Source: an uncultured Bdellovibrio sp.
GTDB taxonomy: Bacteria > Bdellovibrionota > Bdellovibrionia > Bdellovibrionales > Bdellovibrionaceae
DNA: 64,000 bases
Direction: 5' to 3'
Assembly: GCA_963932905.1 (NCBI GenBank)
Contig: CAWVRN010000002.1
Location: 224,001-288,000 of the forward strand
Each line of letters begins with the position of its first letter. Position 1 is the stretch's first letter. A program made the position numbers and the translations under genes. The notes beneath the pieces were generated by a model. It did not search any database. It was not told the DNA's origin and saw only the letters and a list, made by a program, of their open reading frames with translations. This document shows positions 58,185 through 64,000 of this stretch, one piece after another.

Positions 58185-58956
58185 AAATAGAAATGTCGTT
58201 ATTACAGGATCAAGTCGTGGCATTGGCTGGGAATTAGCACGTGCCATCGCGAAAGAAGGGGCCACTCTTCATTTAGTTCAACGCACTTGGGATAGCAAAA
58301 AAATCGATGAGCTCAAAAACTTAGGTGCCGCTAAAGTAGTGACGTGGACCTGCGATCTGACTCAAACCCAAAACATAATTGATTTAGGAAAAAATTTAGC
58401 CAAAGAGAATATTGATATTTTAGTTAACAATGCGGGAATATTAACAGGTGAGTTGTTAGAGAAACAATCTGATAACGAGATCGTAGACGTTTTTCAGCTT
58501 AATCTAGTGGCTTCAGCTTTGCTGATTAAAGCCGTGCTGCCTTCGATGATCAATCGGCGTAGTGGAAAAATAGTAAATAACACCAGCGTATCGGCTTACA
58601 TGCGTTTTCCATGCGCTACGACATATGCTGCGGCGAAAAGTGGATTGCTGGCTTTGACAGAATGCTTGGAAACAGAATTGACGGGTACGGGAGTAAACAC
58701 ATTATCACTGGTTACCCCGGGAATTAAGACCGACATGTTTGACCAAATTAAAACTTCTTATGGGAAATATTTTGATTCGCCTTCAGACTATATAACGGCT
58801 GAGGCCTACGCTCAGCAAATTGTCGGTGCGATTAAAAAAGATAAAGCTTATTTAATGCCTTCGGGAGCAACTCGATTTGGATTGTTTATGACCAAATACA
58901 CGCCAGGGATTTTCAAGAAATTTGTGATAGGAAATTTTAATAGGAATCAAAAATAA
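58174..58956 (+). CDS. Short-chain dehydrogenase/reductase
   Basis: TGSSRGIG, NNAG, YAAAK. Confidence 0.92.
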   Translation: MEIRNRNVVITGSSRGIGWELARAIAKEGATLHLVQRTWDSKKIDELKNLGAAKVVTWTCDLTQTQNIIDLGKNLAKENIDILVNNAGILTGELLEKQSDNEIVDVFQLNLVASALLIKAVLPSMINRRSGKIVNNTSVSAYMRFPCATTYAAAKSGLLALTECLETELTGTGVNTLSLVTPGIKTDMFDQIKTSYGKYFDSPSDYITAEAYAQQIVGAIKKDKAYLMPSGATRFGLFMTKYTPGIFKKFVIGNFNRNQK

Positions 58957-58961
58957 GACGA

Positions 58962-59666
58962 CTATAAATGTTTTTCAAAGTAGTTCTGCAAAAATGTTTT
59001 GGCAGCAGCGATATCAGGCTTTTTTAATATCAGAGTTTCTACATTCGTCATGACAGATTGGGAAAAACCGCATGGGTACATTCCACGAAATGCCTTCGAG
59101 TCTGCAAATAAATTGATCGCAGCGCCATGATAGGTGATCCATTTTTTTACTGCAATTCCCAGTGAAGCCACTTTTTGACCATGTACCCAAACTCCTGTTT
59201 CTTCAACAGGATGGCCTTTGTAGTCGTGTTGGGGTTTGCGATTTTCAAGATCTAGTGTTTTGCCTTCAGCATTTATATCCAACGATTTCAACCATTCAAT
59301 AATGCCATTTTCTAACTTACGTAAATGTCCAGCCACGTTTTGTTGTTCGTTGGCCGGGCGACTGGCATGTTTTAAATTGATGATGGGATAGATCACCAAC
59401 TGCGAAGGTCCGTGGTAGGTAGCGCGGCCACCTCGACTAATTTCGGCGATGGGGCCATCCCAAGAAAATACGTCGCCATCTTCGGTCGATCGCCCTAACG
59501 TTACAATTTCAGGATGAGTGCAAAATACAATTATGCCCGGCAAGTCCATTGAATGCACACGTTCAACCAATTCAAGTTGTCGCGTGTTAGATTCAAAATA
59601 ATCAATCAAACCCCAATCTTGTATTTCCATCTTTGTTTGACCAGTTTTGTCTTGATTCATTTGCAT
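58962..59666 (-). CDS. lipB: Octanoyltransferase LipB
   Basis: HPEIVTLGR, RGGRATYHGPSQ, KVASLG, HGAAIN, PCG. Confidence 0.92.
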   Translation of the reverse strand: MQMNQDKTGQTKMEIQDWGLIDYFESNTRQLELVERVHSMDLPGIIVFCTHPEIVTLGRSTEDGDVFSWDGPIAEISRGGRATYHGPSQLVIYPIINLKHASRPANEQQNVAGHLRKLENGIIEWLKSLDINAEGKTLDLENRKPQHDYKGHPVEETGVWVHGQKVASLGIAVKKWITYHGAAINLFADSKAFRGMYPCGFSQSVMTNVETLILKKPDIAAAKTFLQNYFEKHL

Positions 59667-59821
59667 AAAGCCTTACTTGAGCCAAAAGTCTTGATTCTCT
59701 ATGTCTTTTGTTAAATCCGCCGGAACAGCTGCCACTATTTGTCCACAGTTGGATTTAATAGAATAGTCATATCAAGAGAGTACATTTAAAGCCACTAAAC
59801 CAACCAATATTTTTTTCATAA

Positions 59822-61264
59822 TTACTTCGTTGCTGTCGGCGCGGGGGCCGGAGTGTGAAGAGGTTTTTGAATAATATGAATCGCGTGTCCTAATGTCGCT
59901 TCTGCCGCTTCCATCATAGTTTCACCTAACGTTGGATGAGGGTGAATAGAAAGAGCTAAATCTTGTAAGCGTGCACCCATTTCGATCGCGACAACGGCTT
60001 CAGAAATTAAATTTGAAGCTTCAGGGCCTACGATATGAACACCAAGTAGAACATCGTTTTCGGATGCGATCATTTTTACGAAACCATCCGTTTCCATCAT
60101 CGAAACGGCACGACCGTTGGCGCCGAATGGAAATTTTGCGATTTTAAGATTTTTGTAACCTTTAGCGATTGCTTCAGATTCTAGCATACCAGCCGACGCG
60201 ATTTCTGGATCCGTGAATACAACCGCTGGGATTGTTTTCGCGTCGAAGGCACGTGGCGCGCCTTTGATGATTTCGGCCACCATAACGCCTTCGTGAGACG
60301 CTTTGTGGGCTAACATCGGCTGACCACATAAATCGCCGATTGCGAAAATAGTTTTAACATTTGTTCTGCGTTGAGCATCTACTTTTACGAAACCGCGATC
60401 ATCAATCTGAATACCGAGTTTTTTCAATGTCGGTTGATCGCCATTGGGACGGCGGCCTACAGTCACTAAAATCTTATCCGCTTTCAGAGTTTCTGTTTTG
60501 CCGTTCAGTTCATACGTAACTTCGTATTCGTTGCCAGTTTTCTTTTGTGACTTAGCTTTTGCCTGGTGAATCACTTTCACGCCCGATTTTTTCAATTTGC
60601 GAGCTACTACTTGTGAACAATCTGGATCCGCAACGCCAGCTAGTAGTGAATCTGCCGCTTCAAGGATAGTCACGTCTGTGCCTAGTTTCTTCATGTATGA
60701 AGAAATCTCAAGCCCGATATAACCCCCACCGATAGTCACCATGCGTTTTGGAATCGCATCTAAATCTAAAGCGCCAGTTGATGACACGATATTTTTTTCA
60801 TCGAATTCAAAACCAGGAATTTGTATTGGGCGTGAGCCTAATGCCAGGATGATGTACTGAGTTTGCAGAGTTTCTTTACCTTTACTGGATTGTACTTCGA
60901 TCTGTGTCTGCGACACAAACTCAGCGGTTCCATTGAAAATAGTAACTTTGTTACCTTTCAATAATTGATTCACGCCGCCGCTCATTTTATCGCAAACAGA
61001 TTGTTTCCATGCGACCATTTTTTTAAAGTCTATCTTAGGTTTAGAAACTTCGATCCCCATTTCTGGAAAACCGTGTTCGACTTTATCTAACCAGTGGGCT
61101 GCCGTGATCATCGCTTTAGACGGGATACAACCTACGTTCAAACAAACGCCACCCAGTTTTTCTCGTTCGACGATCGCCGTGTTTAAACCCAGCTGCGCAC
61201 ATTTAATCGCTGCTACGTAACCACCAGGACCGCTACCAACTACTACTACATCAAATTTTTGCAT
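59822..61264 (-). CDS. lpdA: Dihydrolipoyl dehydrogenase (E3)
   Basis: GSGPGGY, GGVCLNVGCIPSK, HPHPTLGE. Confidence 0.96.
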   Translation of the reverse strand: MQKFDVVVVGSGPGGYVAAIKCAQLGLNTAIVEREKLGGVCLNVGCIPSKAMITAAHWLDKVEHGFPEMGIEVSKPKIDFKKMVAWKQSVCDKMSGGVNQLLKGNKVTIFNGTAEFVSQTQIEVQSSKGKETLQTQYIILALGSRPIQIPGFEFDEKNIVSSTGALDLDAIPKRMVTIGGGYIGLEISSYMKKLGTDVTILEAADSLLAGVADPDCSQVVARKLKKSGVKVIHQAKAKSQKKTGNEYEVTYELNGKTETLKADKILVTVGRRPNGDQPTLKKLGIQIDDRGFVKVDAQRRTNVKTIFAIGDLCGQPMLAHKASHEGVMVAEIIKGAPRAFDAKTIPAVVFTDPEIASAGMLESEAIAKGYKNLKIAKFPFGANGRAVSMMETDGFVKMIASENDVLLGVHIVGPEASNLISEAVVAIEMGARLQDLALSIHPHPTLGETMMEAAEATLGHAIHIIQKPLHTPAPAPTATK

Positions 61265-61282
61265 AATAATTCCTTTATAGTC

Positions 61283-62944
61283 CTAGTGCATATCCAGCAT
61301 TAACAAAGCCGGTTTTTGAATGCGACCCAAGAACGCTTTCAAGAAACGAGCGGCTAATGCGCCATCGATTAAGCGGTGATCTGCAGTGATTGTGAAGTTC
61401 ATATATTTCTTGCTGATGACTTTGCCTTCAGCTGTAAGTTCTAAGCGATCTTGGATTTTGTACATGCCAAGGATAGCCACTTCAGGATGATTAATGATCG
61501 GAGTCGCATACGTACCACCCACAGAACCGATGTTTGTGATAGTGATGGTTGCACCCTTCATTTCATCTGGTTTCAATTTACCGTCACGTGCACGTTTAGA
61601 AAGATCAATGATTTCTTTAGAGATATCTAAGATCGACTTGTTATCCGCTTGTTTCACAACGGGAACTAGTAACCCATTCGGAGTGTCCGCAGCGAAACCT
61701 AAATTAAAGTACTTCTTGTAAACGATTTCTTGCGCGTTATCGTCAATAGATGCATTGAACGCTGGGAATTCACGGATTGTTGCGATTAGCGCTTTCATCA
61801 CGAACGGTAAGTAGGTCACTTTCGTTCCCGCTTTTTCAGCGATATCTTTCATGGATTCACGGAAGTGAACTAGTTCCGTTACATCCACCTCGTCCATCAA
61901 CGTAAAGTGAGGGATAATGTGTTTTGCCATTTGCAAGTTTTCAGCGATTTTTTTACGAATACCTTTTAATGGAACGCGTTCTTCAGCCGTAGCCATCGTT
62001 GACGAGTAACCTGGTTTAGGGAACGAGATTGATCCATTGCTAGTTGATGTTGCCGGAGCTTTCGCGCCGATTGAAACAGAATCCAATTGTTTTAAAATAT
62101 CTTCACGGGTCACGCGGCCTGCTAGACCTGTTCCTGTCACACCGTTGATGTCGACTTGCATTTCACGCGCTAAACGACGAGTTGAAGGAGTTGCTAAAAC
62201 TTTTGAATCCATTACCGGCGGATAGAAAGACGTGCTTGCTGAAGCGCCGTTTGTAGCTGCGGCCATCGTTGCCTGAGCGTGTGGCAGGGGAGCTTTCTGA
62301 GTTTGAGCAGGAGCCGAGTGCGTAGTTGCCGAAGCTAATGCTGCTTGAGTTCCACCAGATGTAGTGAGTGTTAATAGAACAGATTCTACTTTCACAACGT
62401 CACCAGCTTTGAATTTTAGGTCTTTAACTGTTCCACCTTTGGTTGTTGGAACTTCAACAGTCGCTTTATCAGTCATAATTTCAGCAACGGATTGATCTGG
62501 CTTAACAGCGTCGCCTGTTTTTACTAACCATTTGATGAGTTCCCCTTCAGTAACGCCTTCACCTAGTTCAGGAAGTTTTAATTCATACGTTCCACCGCCA
62601 GTAGCGGCACCCGCAGATACAGTCGTCGTTGGAGGATTGAATGCGTGGCCATTAGTTTGTGCAGGCGCTGCCGTTGTTGTAGCCGCTGCTTTTGCAGCAT
62701 TTGCACCTGATTCTTCTAAAGTAAGGATCGTAGATTCAACTTTGATTACCTCACCAGCTTTGAATTTTAATTCTTTCACAACGCCGGCGCGTGTAGTGGG
62801 AACTTCTACAGTGGCTTTATCAGTCATGATTTCGGCAACTGATTGGTCTGCTTTCACTGAATCGCCTGGCTTCACCAACCACTTGATTAATTCACCTTCC
62901 GTTACACCTTCTCCTAGTTCCGGTAACTTTAAGTCAAATGCCAT
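61283..62944 (-). CDS. 2-oxo acid dehydrogenase E2 dihydrolipoamide acyltransferase with two lipoyl domains
   Basis: Two near-identical LPELGEGV..TDKATVEVP domains, ATPSTRRLA, DHRLIDG. Confidence 0.94.
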   Translation of the reverse strand: MAFDLKLPELGEGVTEGELIKWLVKPGDSVKADQSVAEIMTDKATVEVPTTRAGVVKELKFKAGEVIKVESTILTLEESGANAAKAAATTTAAPAQTNGHAFNPPTTTVSAGAATGGGTYELKLPELGEGVTEGELIKWLVKTGDAVKPDQSVAEIMTDKATVEVPTTKGGTVKDLKFKAGDVVKVESVLLTLTTSGGTQAALASATTHSAPAQTQKAPLPHAQATMAAATNGASASTSFYPPVMDSKVLATPSTRRLAREMQVDINGVTGTGLAGRVTREDILKQLDSVSIGAKAPATSTSNGSISFPKPGYSSTMATAEERVPLKGIRKKIAENLQMAKHIIPHFTLMDEVDVTELVHFRESMKDIAEKAGTKVTYLPFVMKALIATIREFPAFNASIDDNAQEIVYKKYFNLGFAADTPNGLLVPVVKQADNKSILDISKEIIDLSKRARDGKLKPDEMKGATITITNIGSVGGTYATPIINHPEVAILGMYKIQDRLELTAEGKVISKKYMNFTITADHRLIDGALAARFLKAFLGRIQKPALLMLDMH

Positions 62945-62975
62945 GTACTCTCCTTCCTTGTACTATAAATTTTTA

Positions 62976-63893
62976 CTAAATTGATTTTTCTAATTTTAAA
63001 TTTTCTTGATTTGCTTGTTTGTTCTTGCGAATCACGCCTTCTAAGAAAAATTCACCTGCGCGATAAGAACTGCGAACCAAAGGACCAGACGCAACGTATA
63101 GGAAGCCCATGCTTTCGGCGACGTCTTGCCAGTATTTGAATTTCTCTGGAGTAATGAATTCAATTACTTTCAAGTGACGTTCGGTCGGTTGCAAGTACTG
63201 ACCAAATGTAATCACATCACAGCCTACCGCGCGCAAATCGCGAAGCGTTTCCATGATTTCGTCATCTGTCTCGCCAAGGCCAAGCATCAAAGACGATTTT
63301 GTGTACATATTCGGTTTGTGTTCTTTTACTGTTTTTAAGACTCCCATCGTTTGATCATAACCCGCACGTGGGTCGCGAACTGATGACGTTAAACGACGAA
63401 CCGTTTCGATATTTTGAGCAAACACATCGGGTTCGCTGTCAGCCAGTTGCTGGATTAATTCTTTATTGCCACGGAAATCAGGAGTCAGGATTTCTACGAT
63501 TAAATCTGGTTGCAATTTTTTGATAGTAGAAACTGTGCGTGCAAAATGGGAAGACCCTTGGTCTTCAAGGTCATCGCGATCAACGCTGGTGATGACGACG
63601 TATTTCAAATCCATTTGAGAAATTGAGTACGCCACCTTTTCTGGTTCGAAAGGATCAATAGCGCCTTTTGGATTTCCTGTTTTCACGTTACAGAAACGAC
63701 AACCACGCGTGCACACTTCACCCATTAACATAAATGTTGCCGTACCACCGCTCCAACATTCGCCCATGTTGGGGCACTTGGCTTCTTGGCAGACAGTGGC
63801 TAATTTTAATTCGCCTAAAAGGTCTTTAATTCGAGTGTAATTTTCACCGCTCGGAGCTTTCACTTTGAGCCATGACGGTTTTGGTGCGCGCAT
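62976..63893 (-). CDS. lipA: Lipoyl synthase LipA
   Basis: [24 protein letters not shown]. Confidence 0.96.
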   Translation of the reverse strand: MRAPKPSWLKVKAPSGENYTRIKDLLGELKLATVCQEAKCPNMGECWSGGTATFMLMGEVCTRGCRFCNVKTGNPKGAIDPFEPEKVAYSISQMDLKYVVITSVDRDDLEDQGSSHFARTVSTIKKLQPDLIVEILTPDFRGNKELIQQLADSEPDVFAQNIETVRRLTSSVRDPRAGYDQTMGVLKTVKEHKPNMYTKSSLMLGLGETDDEIMETLRDLRAVGCDVITFGQYLQPTERHLKVIEFITPEKFKYWQDVAESMGFLYVASGPLVRSSYRAGEFFLEGVIRKNKQANQENLKLEKSI

Positions 63894-64000
63894 GCTTCCA
63901 TTTCCTTTTTTTTAAGAAAACTAGGTATTTACTCTAGTTAGTAGAGTATGTAGCTTAATGCACTTCATTCGGCAATGCGACGGAAAAATATTTTGTAAAA

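Noticed and set aside
62360..62938. Direct DNA repeat of ~200 bp
   Set aside because: Explained by the two lipoyl domains of E2, an ordinary architecture
1..64000. CRISPR array, tRNA or rRNA genes
   Set aside because: No regularly spaced repeats or recognisable structural RNA genes seen in the intergenic regions by eye

Overview
Chromosomal window from a predatory Bdellovibrionota bacterium (Bdellovibrio/Pseudobdellovibrio-like). This is inferred from the DgcB-type FHA-GGDEF cyclase, a Bdellovibrio-type fibre adhesin, PilZ proteins and many secreted hydrolases. It holds about 58 densely packed CDSs. Housekeeping genes: DEAD-box helicase, tsaD-rsmA-smpB, coaE, hldA, rlmN, PhoH, lipA-E2-lpdA-lipB. 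Envelope and predation-type genes: fibre adhesin, lytic transglycosylase, L,D-transpeptidase, S8 protease, beta-barrels. Signalling genes: Ser/Thr kinase, DgcB, ECF sigma, PilZ. There is also a SPFH-TelA stress locus and a CarH/LitR-like-regulated furan-fatty-acid-type (ufa) photo-oxidative stress module. The most unusual structure is at 38.7-41.3 kb. Two unrelated convergent accessory genes are each preceded by the same 105-bp structured element (97 bp identical, in inverted orientation) and each followed by a degenerate copy of a second motif. This looks like two gene cassettes of one unknown element placed tail-to-tail, with no transposase or recombinase in the window. No tRNA, rRNA, CRISPR array or intact transposase was seen.
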